Below, in pieces: positions 1-11,550 of a stretch of 22,216 nt of DNA. The DNA is from Paramecium tetraurelia. Lineage: Eukaryota. Below the pieces are notes generated by a model. It saw only the letters and a program-made list of their open reading frames with translations. It had not been told where the DNA came from and did not search any database. Made by a program: the position numbers and the translations under genes. How positions within the stretch are numbered: position 1 is the first letter of the stretch; each line of letters opens with the position of its first letter. The stretch lies in contig CT868077.1 of NCBI GenBank assembly GCA_000165425.1, positions 62,001 through 84,216 on the forward strand. Reading direction: 5' to 3'.

Positions 1-3000
1 CTGACCAGTCATTGAAGTGACAACTTCCAAAAAACATTAATATAAATCCAAGTATCTGACTACATTAGGCTGATGTTTCAATTGTTCTATGCACTCGCAC
101 AAAATTTCTTAGATCAAAAAGTAGTCCTAATTAATTAAGATATTGAATAAGAGGTATTAGCAATGAAACTTGGAATCATCAAAATATTTAAACTCATTTG
201 TGTATTCATATAAGTATTTTTATGGATAAGGAATGTACTAAGTGGAATCCTTATAAAGACTTTCTACAATCTATAGATCTTTTTCGAATCCAGGATGTGT
301 TCTATGGAACATGTAAGCCTAAGATTGAAGTAGTCTAGATGTGAAACAATATATCAAATCTACGATCTCTAATTATTGTAAATAGAGGAACGAGTGTAGT
401 AGACCAAGAATTATTATTGATGGTTGGAGGTCCTCTGTCATGTTTTCTTCTATCATGTCTATAGTGCTTTTCAAACTGGAATGCTATTTAAGAGTGCAAT
501 TCATAAATTGGCAAAATATTTGATATTACTAATATTTGGATAAGTTTGAGTCTATCAAAAACTTTCCTGCTTATTTATTATTTATCTAAGTACATTTAAG
601 TATTTAACAATAGAATTTGGGTTTAGATTAAAATTTTTTAATTTATTTAACAGCATAAATGGCTATTTCGGATTCTTCTTAATCAAGATTTTCGATGTGT
701 TTAGGTGAATAAGAAAAACAAAGTGACAAAAAGTAAAACATTTGTAATTCCTCCAAACATTATTGGAAAAACCAAGAGTCTTTCTTAATTTTGAATTGGT
801 TATGTAATTCCTTCAATAGTCTTATATATGAGATCTTGATTGAAATTCTAATCTATTTGCTCTACATCTATCTAGGTATTGAATGACTAATAGGTTAGAA
901 GTTATCTAAATGCAAGATTTGTTAAATTATCTTAAGTTGAACTAAACAGTTATATGAATCTAGTGTATTAGGTGCTTTACTACTAACTTTAGACACCAAT
1001 ATTTTTCTATTTTCTAGTGTTTGTTTAAGATTGGAAAATAACAATATCTATCTTTTAATGAAATCATCATCATTAGATTAGAAGAGATTTAATTATTTAT
1101 TTTTACCTATCTCCCACCATTTCATAAGGTTGATGGACAAATATTTACCAATTTCACAATTCATTTCTTCCTCCAAATCCTATTCAGGAATATCTTCTTT
1201 CCTTAACAACTTTAATTGATTTTGATAGAACTTAAATACAGGCTCGTATACTCCATTTAGTTCCAAAAAGTCATTGTAATAATATGAAAATTATTCATTT
1301 TTACTGTCGTAGAGATTGATCAAATATAAAAATTTCAAGTAAAGTAATTACGTGCAATATAACTTATCTCCATTAATCAAACAACTGGTTCTCGTTTCTG
1401 TATTGGCTGTTGCTATTTATTCTTCCTCTAAAGGGGATGATTATTCCAGATTAATTAATCCTGGACTATGATCAAGAGGAACATCTAAGAATTAAGGAGC
1501 TGGCTCTCTTATGACTAGCTTTTCTTAATTGGATATTATCTCCACATATTAGATACCAGCCATTATAAAATTTTAGTTGAAATAGGAATCTATTGCCTGA
1601 ATAGTTGAAAACTGATTTAGATATCTCTGCAATTACGTCTAATATTGAACGATTACAAGTATATAATCTTAATTCTTTCTTAGTGTATTTATGAGATTCA
1701 ATCTTTCAAATGAACTAATAGAGGATTACTTTTCAGAAGTTTATTTCAACTTTCTTTTCAATATAATACATTATTCAATTTCTGATAGATTTTCTAATTT
1801 TACATTTAGACTTAATTATCTAAACATGACTCTAATTTATGCACTGCATCTTCTTAACCCATCTATTAATTAAGTAATCTCACTTTCAAATTCTTTTCTA
1901 AGCGCAAATAGAGCACAAATCTTAAAATAGTATATCAATAAAGTATCCAAAACTTTTTTAATTTCATTCGATCTCAAAATGTATTGACTTAAGTTTTTGG
2001 AAAATGAGCTAATAAAATAGGGCAATAATTCTTAGGTATTTTAATAATGCGTAATTCTAAGGTATTCTTCTACTTCTTTGATAAGAATAAGGCATTTATC
2101 GAATTGCTTGATTCTGAGATGGAAATTGATTTAATGCTTCATATTCTCCATGTAGATCTAATATGATTACTCTTTTTTAACATAAGCCAACTAAAAATCT
2201 ATCTCCCAAAAAGGTTTTTGATCCAACATCATATCAAGGATTTAATTTGGAGTTTTGTCAGCATGAATGACCTCCCTTAAGAAATACTTAAGTGGATGGT
2301 CCAAATGCTGTAAGGCCTCTGCAAAATCCTCTATTGGCTATAGATAGATCATTTCAAGAACCACTTAAACTAATTGCCACACTTAATTGTTGTCCTAGCT
2401 AACTGAATTCAAAATCATGTATTCATTTTGAATAAGTATGTAATTGTATATGGAAACATTCATTATATGATGTTTGGTCATCAACTTTAGGTTCGCAAAC
2501 ATAAACTATCTTAACTCATCTAATGTGTAATATAAGGCGTATTTCTTTCTGAATTACAACACTTAGTATAAGCTTTTGCAATCTGAACATTAGTATAATG
2601 ATATGCAATATCCTTTGATAAAAAAGTCATCAATCTAGTCGAGGATATTCAATTATTTTATATAATTAGTACTTTCTCCCAAATAAACTCCCAATTCATC
2701 ATCGTGATATTATTGAAATTTCAATTATTAACCATGTCGAACCTAAAAAAACTACATTAGATATTCTTTATCTTCTATAGTGACTATCCAAAGTATGTCA
2801 TGCACGTGTTTTTTCATTTTTATATTTGGAATCTAGTTCATCTCATCAATGAAATATTATAAAGCAAATTCTTCTACTTTCTATGAATGCTGCTCAAAAA
2901 TATAGGTATCTTTGGCCTTATCAATTACATTCTTGTATACTTCTGATTTCAACGGTTCCAAATAATATGTTTTTTGTATTGTTCTACTGTTTGTTGATGA

Positions 3001-6000
3001 AAACACGAATTGTTTTTTTTACCTAATTAAAATCATAAAAATACTCATATTCCAATTTATTGAACAAGTCAGTAAATTGATTGAAATTATACTGATGAAT
3101 TGATGAGTATTATACAATGGTTCCAAATTTCTTATGAATGTCTGACTCAAATTGAATTTCCTCTAACTTTTTTGTAGCTTCGTAATATTCCAATGCATAT
3201 TAAATGGATTGCTTCCTTAGAGTTTATTTTCGAAATCCTCTAAAAAACAAGCCTTTGTATCTAAATATTTATACTTTTCTACAATTCAACCAAGATCTCT
3301 TCTCAATATAATTTTGATATTTATAGACCAATTCATTATATTCTTTGACTTCTTCGGATGTAAGAGTGTTTCCAAATTATTGAAATTGTTTTCTAAACTT
3401 CATCATAGCCTAATTTTTAAAATACTCATGTTGTTTATCAAAACTCTTTTTCAAGATTTAATATCTTTTGTAATCTAAATTGTGAAATAGCTTTGATTTT
3501 CTTTTAATATAACTTTAAGCAATAAATAATCTATAATCACTCCAAAACATATTATAACTAGAGAGGAGACTCAATTTAAAGAAAAATCTCCATATGTTTG
3601 TCCTGTCTAAAATGAGTTACTTCTCACCTTTTTAAGATGATTGAATTCTAAAGGCTCCGTTATTAGCTCGTTTTGAATAGTATTTAAATAAGAATTCGTA
3701 ACTCAATTTCGAAACCTACTTTATCTTTTTAGAGCAATCCTTCATTTTAGTTTATATCTTTTTTCGAACAAATGTCTCTTACCTATAAAACTCTTTGACT
3801 GGAACAATAAACTAATTACTTTATTAATCGAAAGAATCTGCTAGTATTTTCCTCTGGGTATTTTAATTGCTTTGAATAAATTGCTGCTGTTGTTGCTACT
3901 GCTCATTTATAAGATTCAATTCATTCATCTTGTTATTAAACAGTTCTTCCTCATAGACCAATCTCTTCGAGATTTATTTACTATTTTTTGTAAAATAATC
4001 AGCGATTTCATCTTCAGAACTAATAGTTTCGAAATGATCATTAGTATGAGAAATAGTTGATCCATATACTTTAAAAAGGGGACATCTTTAAAATTTCTCC
4101 TTATTATCTTTTTAGGATAACCTACTCAATTTCGATTTACTCTAAACGTTGCTTTTGAATATATATTGACTCCTTTTGACTATTTGATCTAAAATAATAG
4201 GAGAATTTCCGAATATCGAATTAGTAAGGTATTTAATAAAAAAATTATAAAACAACAGTCCCAAAAACAGGATGATGATTTAATCATGCAGTTTATCGTA
4301 ATAATAAATGCAAATCAATCCAGAATTGCATAGAAGTGTAACAAAATTGATTAATTAATAAAAATCATCCCAAATGCCTAAAGAGCCATCTCCTTTTGGC
4401 CATGGTCTTTGAAACAAAAAAAGAAGTTTCAATTTAGAGATCTAAACTTACAGGATATTCCAAATCCAAAATAATGTGATACTAAATGGAAATAAACAAC
4501 CAAATATATTCGTCAAAGTTAATTACAAAAAGAAATCCATATAATCATCTATATTTCCATATTTTTCAATGCTTTTTTAAAAAGGGATCCTTTTTTCTTG
4601 ATTTTCAATGAAATCACATAGAGTTGAGTGGTTGTATGGATATAACTTCTAAGGGGATTTAACCAATTCGTGAAAGAAAGTCTTTAAGAACCTAATCACT
4701 TGCATCAGAAATATCCACATCATCGTTGTTCCAAAATAGTATTCCACATTATGTTAGCAATTTTCGTCCTTACAATATAATCCTAAAGGAGAATGGAGAA
4801 AACTAATCATCAACAAAGGTATTAATTGAGAGAAACAGTAAAGTGTGTATTTTTTAATTATATAACTCGTTTCGTATTGATAGGAGGTCTAGAAATTTTC
4901 AAAATCTGTTAGAATAGTAGCAATTTGTTCGTAAAATTAATCTATTACTAATTAGATTATATAATTCAGTGAAGCAGTCACAATGACTTCGAAATATTAA
5001 AAGTCATTTCCTAAATCATCCAATTTGGTCTTCAAATACAAATTAAAGTAATATAAACCCACAAATATTCCAATGTCTGATCCAATTAAAAATATTAAGA
5101 TGAAAATAGAAATAATCAATCTTTAAATGAACTTAGAGTGTATCACTCCAATTGAATTCAATTGATCATTTTCAATTGATCTTATATTCTATCCTTTGAA
5201 TGAGCTACGTATAATGCTTTCTTTTACATCTCTATTTTATCCAAATTTAAGATTAAATGTTAGTTGCTATTAATACCAGCAATCAGTCTAAAAGGAACTC
5301 CAATGAACTAATAAAATTGAAAACACAGACATGGTAGCTGTATATACTTCATTATCATAATCCTATGAGGTATACAACAGAACACTGAACAACAATCCAA
5401 AGGCTGCCATGGGAGTTGAAAACTTAATGAAGTATGAAGTAAATTCAAAATATAAGCCAACCTTCTCGCCAAAATAGAGACAAATCTTTTCTATTGGGCA
5501 ACTCCATGGATGTAAATAATCTAAATTCCATTCACTTGCAATATCGAAAGGCTTCCTCTTATAAAATAGCTTGTCTTCACTTACAGCTTTTTGAATACTC
5601 TTACAATAACCAAACAACTCATATTAATCATGTAAACAGTATATTTATTTAACAAATTACAAATTAATTAGTGCATTTATATTAATTGTTTGTGTTATTA
5701 CAGAGAATGCTAATTTCAATCTTTCATTATTAGAAAACAGTGTAACTTAATTTTATTCATTTTTGATGTATCTGCACCATTTGAGTTAGTATTTGGCAAT
5801 ATTCTTTATAGATTCGCCAACGAGAGTAATCTTGAAAGGAACAAACAATTCAAAAGGTTTTTAATGATACCGATCCCAAATTGTTTTTAAATATTGGCAA
5901 GAACAATTGGCAACTTTAAGCGCTTCCTTAAAAATGTTCAAATAATTATGAGCTAACTATTGTTGTTTGACTAACTTGATAGTTTTTAACTTTGGAAGAT

Positions 6001-7581
6001 CCTTTATCAAAGGCATACTATTCGATAAATCTATTAATTCTCTTACTTTCTCATACATTAAACTGATTTATTCAGAAGCATCCTCACTTAATTCTGTAAA
6101 TTGATTTATTTTCTCTTTCCTATTGGTCCTTATTCCATAAAGTTCTTCAACTGTCTTTTATTCATCTATGCACAAAGCTATATCGCTATCTATCTAATTC
6201 TGAGATCTTTAGATTTTAACATGCTTGTTCAAATGAACTAAATATTTATAATAAGCTGTCCATTCCTCATCAGTTGGACCATCTTGATCCCCATATAAAT
6301 CAGACTTTCCATATTCAAATAATTCTATATTCAAACCACTCTAGCCTACCTCTCTAGCTAATCTTTTGAAATTAATCTATTTTATTTAATCTATAATCAG
6401 AGGTCGTAAATATTCCAAATAAGGAGAGTTATTATATTCATCTGGTCTCCATAATCTCCCATTCAATCTCAGTGGACGGAATTACTTATCCACAGGCTCT
6501 AAAGACAGGAGATCAGTAAAACAAAAACTCAATCTCTTTGGTAACTAGAAGTTTTCGGCAGCAATTTCAAGCATCTTTTCAGACATATACAAACATAAAT
6601 AGATGGTGTATCCGTCTTTGGATATGAATGACTTTACATTGAATCCCTTTCTGGAAAATTAGATTATTATTGCATTTCTTATTAGTGTCAATATGTCGGA
6701 GGTTTCGTTTTTGGTGCGATACCATGATTAACCTTACTATTTTAAATATTCTCCTTGACTATATGCTTTTTTTTAAACGTAAACTAATTTCTACATGTCA
6801 ATTTATAAACAATCAGCGATATTATTTAAACTGCCTTAATTGTGTGAGATGTTATCTTTTAAATAATTTCTAAACTTTTTAACTAATTTAGTTAATTGAT
6901 CTTCCTTTTTGTAAATAGGAAAATCAGAAGTTCTATTCATTTAATTGATATTATTATCTACGAGTATTAAAGACCGAGGACTTCTGTCTGGGGATTTTTG
7001 AAATAATTATTAAGCGGTTCCTAAAAAGACCAGAGTATTTCTTTGTTAGGGTTGATTCGATTCTAAACCTCTTGTCTTTAATTCAAATAACGAATATATT
7101 TTACGATCAGCTAAGTGGGTAAAGGCGTTTTCTATGGCTTTTATAAATAGTTTATCATGGATTGATTTATCATCAATTTAAAGAGACTTTACAATTTGTT
7201 CAAAAATTTCCAATTATCTTAAGTTATAATCGTATTCATCTGGAATCATATCTGGGTTTGGAAGACTTGGAAATTCATAAATAAAATTACATTATACCTC
7301 ACAACTGCCTCTGGCAAATCAAATTCCAAAATTGCATTTTCATCATATTATGTAATATTATTAAGAGAATAAAATCGTTTTTCATCTGCATGTCCCACAT
7401 CTTGACCAAGGAGCATTTTTAGATAAATTTCATATATTTGAACGTAATCTTCTATTTGCTCTAATTTTTTTTATCTCCTTGTTTTATGTATTATTTCAGG
7501 AATAAGTTAATGAAAATACTACACTGAGAGTTTCGAAGTAAATGCTTGTATTTTGCTGAATCTACTTTATCTTTAATTCAT
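1..7581 (-). CDS. Giant anoctamin/TMEM16-family membrane protein with long cytosolic N- and C-terminal extensions; at least 2509 aa, 3' end lies outside the window
   Basis: Code-6 frame from ATG 7581 (MNQRQSRFSK...) with introns 7266-7297 and 3023-3044 and no TGA down to base 1. Anoctamin signatures: CPIEKICLYFGEKVGLYF (TM1 region), IRSSFKG, LTDFENFQTSYQYETSYIIK, DDYMDFFLQ...FGCLFP (TM7), FQRPWPKGDGSLGIW (after TM8), and about 10 hydrophobic segments between ~5470 and ~4200. Supplied ORF 5363..5617 is a fragment of it. Confidence 0.9.
3023..3044 (-). other. Spliceosomal intron, 22 nt (anoctamin gene)
   Basis: GTATTTTTATGATTTTAATTAG; removal joins two long open frames (GA|G). Confidence 0.8.
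3881..3901 (-). repeat. Poly-glutamine tract (Q7) within the anoctamin C-terminal tail
   Basis: Minus strand CAG TAG CAA CAA CAG CAG CAA; TAG embedded among Gln codons supports TAG=Gln. Confidence 0.75.
7266..7297 (-). other. Spliceosomal intron, 32 nt (anoctamin gene)
   Basis: GTATAATG...TTCCAAG; removal gives PEAVVSLPNPD and restores the frame. Retention, or the inner 25-nt alternative, runs into TGA. Confidence 0.75.
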
Positions 7582-7760
7582 GAGATAATTAAAATTCAAC
7601 TTATGAATTTTATTATTAGAATTATAAAACATTTACAGCAAAGAATTTTCAATTACTTTACAGAGAATCATAGAGACTAAATTTAAAATTAAAATCCTAT
7701 CCTTGTTATCTAAACCATTTTAAACGTATAAATAAATATTATAAAAATATTCTAATTTTA

Positions 7761-8629
7761 TCATTAATTCCTGCTTTTAACTTCAAATAAATATTTTTAA
7801 AGTAACCATTTCTTTCTACACCTTCTTGTTCCAATCTTCTCAATCACTATATCCTTATTATTGTATCCTTCAATGCTAGACAAATTTAACTGTAGCTAGA
7901 CTTGATTGATCTTTTTGAATTCCAGGAATCCTATAAGAAATTACAACAACGCACTTTTTTAAAATAGTTGCCATTGTTCTAATTCAACTATTGTGTAATC
8001 AAATAATCAATATTTTTTATAATGAAATTTTTATTAAAGGCAATTTACGGTATTGAAATTCAGAAATTGTTCTTAATTATAGAAAGCGAAAAATCCTATA
8101 AGAACTAAAATTAGAAATGAATTATAAAATCAAAGATTGTTTTTCAAGAAAATTCTTCATATCAATTTTTGATTACCATACGTAAACCTTGTAAATGCCT
8201 ATCATTCTAAATTAACAAATATTAAATCACTCAATTTTCTTTTCTGACTCCCCTTAAAATATCAAATTTTTTTCATTTATTTCTCCAATCTTTTTTGTTG
8301 TTTTAAGTGATATAAATTTTAATTCAAAATAGTGTCTACAAATGCAAATACTAGTACCTCATTTTCTTTGTCAAGAGAAAAGCTAAATGGATTAATCAGG
8401 TTGAAAAATTAGTGTCCCATATACTTATCTTGTATCTTTTAGATATCCTAATACAATTTAAATTAATTATTACGAGAATTATTTTTTTTTAATCTAACTC
8501 TTCATACTACTTAATAAAACTAGGTCCTGAATAGAATTTTTTTCCAAATATTGATTCTAATAATTTTGTAAAATTACTAAGAAATTCTAATCAACATATA
8601 TTTAAAGAATACTTTTTATTATTTTGCAT
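7761..8629 (-). pseudogene. Decayed multi-intron gene of unknown family
   Basis: ATG at 8629 and TAA-TGA at 7761. Five intron-like GT..TAG segments (8587-8612, 8448-8473, 8336-8357, 8207-8230, 7931-7954) separate coding-like blocks such as FLSNFTKLLESIFGKKFYSGPSF and FLEFKKINQVQLQLNLSSIEGY. I found no splice combination that gives one uninterrupted frame. Confidence 0.4.
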
Positions 8630-8798
8630 TCTACAAATTTTAGAAAACAAAAAAATGAATTTATTATCCAAATTACCCATTTAATCAATTCATCAATGTA
8701 ACAAGAATAATGACAATTACATGAGTGTTAATGATTTGGTTTTAGGTTATTCGAAATTCTTGACAATATTTTATTTTGTTTATATTATATATATAATT

Positions 8799-9563
8799 AT
8801 GCAAAAAACTATTTCCACAGGTGATTAAGATTATAACATTGTAAAGGCTGACAATCATCAAGATTCTGACGAAGAATTATAGGAAAAATAGGAGAAGAAC
8901 TCAAAATTAGTGATTGATGACGAGGAGGAATTGAAAGAAGTTCCCTTAGAATAACATGAATAAAACAATACTAATATCAAACAAGAAGCATAAAAACATC
9001 AGCAAGTGCAAAAGTAGTAAGTAATCTAGCAGCAACCCAATGAATAACCTAAAAAAGTTGTTGCGTAGGTTTATCCTAAGTTCATAGACTTTGATTATTA
9101 AGACATTAATATTAAAGTAAAGCCTGAATGGAAGGACAAAAGATAAAACCCTGAACCAAATAAATTTGATAAGAAAGCAGTAATAGAAATTAAAGAGCCT
9201 GTGCTATACACTATGGATAAGCAAAAACCAAAACATGGAAGATCATTTTTTACTTCCTTATTTTCTACAGATTATAGATATATCCACATTAATGGCGGAT
9301 ATATGTATATTCTATAATTAAAGAATGATAAAATGCTTGTGAAGAGCGTGAATTCTTTATAGAGATTATTTAAATTAATACTCAAGGGAGATTAAATTTA
9401 GTTATGTTTCATCAATGCCAATCTAGATAAAACTAAGCCACCTAATGTATTTATTATGTAATTACATAAAATAGATAAAAACATATCAATTCTTGAAGGT
9501 TAAAGAATAGAAAGAGAAACTATTAATGAGATTAAGAGGAGAGATTAATAAATTAGGGTATGA
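8799..9563 (+). CDS. Hypothetical protein, 254 aa; acidic/Gln-rich N-terminus, possible PH-like C-terminal domain
   Basis: Intronless code-6 ORF MQKTISTGDQ...RRDQQIRV*, TGA 9561-9563, ATG preceded by an AT-only stretch. In-frame upstream ATG at 8655 is an alternative start. Confidence 0.75.
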
Positions 9564-9646
9564 TTTTGATTTAATGAAATGAATTTTATTGATAAGTTTA
9601 TATAATTTAATTATAATCGTTATTTTTTAAACATTCCCTAGTTTTA

Positions 9647-10462
9647 ATGAAAAAAAGAGACAGTATTTCTGAACCTCCTCTAGATAAACTAGATCAAATA
9701 AGATAGAAGTTTTCGAAATAATTAACCAAAGTAAATTCTAAAGGCTTTGTGACTTGCAACATTGGAAAATCTCCTCAAAATGATGGTGGATCTAGAATTT
9801 CATTTGGTAAAAGCTCATTTTTAGAAAAACTCTAATCAATCAATTCATTTGAAGATGATGAGAGAACTCTGCTAAAGTCTATTTAATTTGATGTGTAATT
9901 GGCAATAAAGAGATATTAATAAAGAATTGAATAAATTGCATAATAGTAAGTAGAAAGAAGTTCATTGAAATCTTGCTAATAAGAACTAGTACAATACCTA
10001 ACAACTCCATAATAGGAGTTAAATGAAATTTAATTTGATTCTTAAATATTAACAATGAGATCTACTTGTAAAAGTACTAAATAGAAGACCTAAATTGAAT
10101 CAAATATGAATAATAAATTAAAATAAAATAATAAAAACATTTTGGGGAATAAAAGATCAAATAATACATTCAAAATAATAGCTGATAAATAAAATAAAGT
10201 TAAGCAGACAAAAAAATAAAGTAATTAATCTCTCACTGAAATAAGTTTGCTAACTAAAAAACAATCCATTAATAAAGATGGTACTCTTAGTTAAAAATCA
10301 GTTTCTACTCGTTAACCTAGTGTAAAGGAAATAGCAATCAATTTAGAATAAAGAAGATCTACAGGAATGACAATTAGAAATCAACCAAGACAATCAAGAA
10401 ATTCAATAAACTCCTTTGATAATAAATAACAAGCAAAATCTAAAAAACAATTAGTGTTCTGA
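9647..10462 (+). CDS. Hypothetical protein, 271 aa, K/Q/S/N-rich and probably largely disordered
   Basis: Intronless code-6 ORF MKKRDSISEPPLDK...KSKKQLVF*, 816 nt, TGA 10460-10462. Confidence 0.75.
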
Positions 10463-10558
10463 CTAAAAATTAAAATGTATGGCTTGAATTTAAAGAAATA
10501 TAAATAGTAATTAATTATTACAAACAGAATATTTTTTATAAGTATTTTATTTTAATCG

Positions 10559-11338
10559 TCAGTCTTGCACTAGGAGTTTAAGATATTAAATGTTATATTC
10601 AATATTTCTTGGGTAGTATTATTGAACTTCAAATTTAATAGCTTTGAAGTGCTGAAGTATTTTAGAAATGACAACGACACATACAATAAATCCAACAGTA
10701 CAAAGTAATATAATTTTTGTATAGGTGCTAATGTAATTAGAATTTGTCTTAAACTATTCTAGAAGTATTATAGCAGTGTATATTACAGCTATGACAACCA
10801 TTGCTATAAAGAGAAATTCAAGAAATAAGGAAAATTTGGATTCTTTCCATTTTTTGAAATTAAAGTAGATGCAACCTTTGAGGTGGTATTGTTATTTACA
10901 TTATTAGCAAGATATTCTTTTCATTATGCTGCCAGTTTAAATGTAAGTTGTTGCGCAAGTTTGATGAGCATATGAACAAGGGCATATCTAAATTAAATTC
11001 TTATCTGTACAACAAAAGTAACAAACCTTATTAGAAAGTGATTGCATCTATTGTTCCTCATTATTTCTTAAAGTGTTCAAGGATGTTTAAAGATTGTTTT
11101 GCTCTTGTTCAGAGCTATTTTACTAATAATTTCTATTAATTAAGTCTTCATTGAAGATACTGAATTATTAGTTTAGTATCTTCTTTTTAATCATAATGGT
11201 TTATTCATCATGCTATTCTGAGAGCACATTGAGGGATTTTGAAACTTGAAGTGATCTATAAGTAGTCTCCTTTTTAAGATCTTCTATTTCTATGGTTTTA
11301 GTGAGTTAAGGGGAATGGAGTCTGAACTCTGTAGTCAT
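10559..11338 (-). CDS. RING-CH (RINGv, C4HC3) MARCH-like membrane E3 ubiquitin ligase, 259 aa, two transmembrane helices
   Basis: Intronless code-6 ORF MTTEFRLHSP...KLLVQD*. Motif CYFC-x9-CPC-x3-HQTC-x15-CQQC at 11023-10898, followed by two hydrophobic helices (LFLEFLFIAMVVIAVIYTAIILL; IILLCTVGFIVCVVVI). Confidence 0.8.
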
Positions 11339-11550
11339 AAAAAGAAATAATCAATTGAGGAAATGATAATATGTGGATTTGAAATAAGTCAGAGTGAAAT
11401 ATGAACAAAAATATTAGTAAAAATTATAAATAAATTATTGTAATAATGTTATGGATTGTCAATGACATAAATAATTCAATAATTTTGCGTAAAAAATGAT
11501 ATTTTAATTGATGTCTTTAAAAAATTTTAAATAAAAAGATTTCCATATTT
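11339..11550. promoter_or_regulatory. Divergent intergenic region between the RING-CH gene and PDI
   Basis: 212-bp AT-rich interval between two head-to-head ATGs; promoter function is inferred from position only. Confidence 0.45.

Noticed and set aside
1691..1873. Supplied + strand ORF (also 3872..4060 and 6670..6873)
   Set aside because: Antisense shadows of the anoctamin gene; the poly-Leu in 3872..4060 is the reverse of the poly-Gln tract.
7630..7680. TACAG motifs resembling Paramecium IES ends
   Set aside because: No matching inverted end found, and none of the intact genes is interrupted by a TA-bounded insertion; this cannot be tested without germline reads.
7927..8104. 13-bp direct repeat AATCCTATAAGAA at 7927 and 8092
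   Set aside because: Short and AT-rich, and resembles a minus-strand 3' splice site; no evidence for a target-site duplication.
7990..8270. TGA read as Trp: one minus-strand frame here has five in-frame TGAs that give protein-like text if read as W; similar cases occur at 15010-15390 and 15931-15939
   Set aside because: Every complete intact gene in the window ends at its first spliced in-frame TGA and uses TGG for Trp. TGA is frequent by chance in AT-rich DNA, and these regions also show frameshifts, so decay explains them better.
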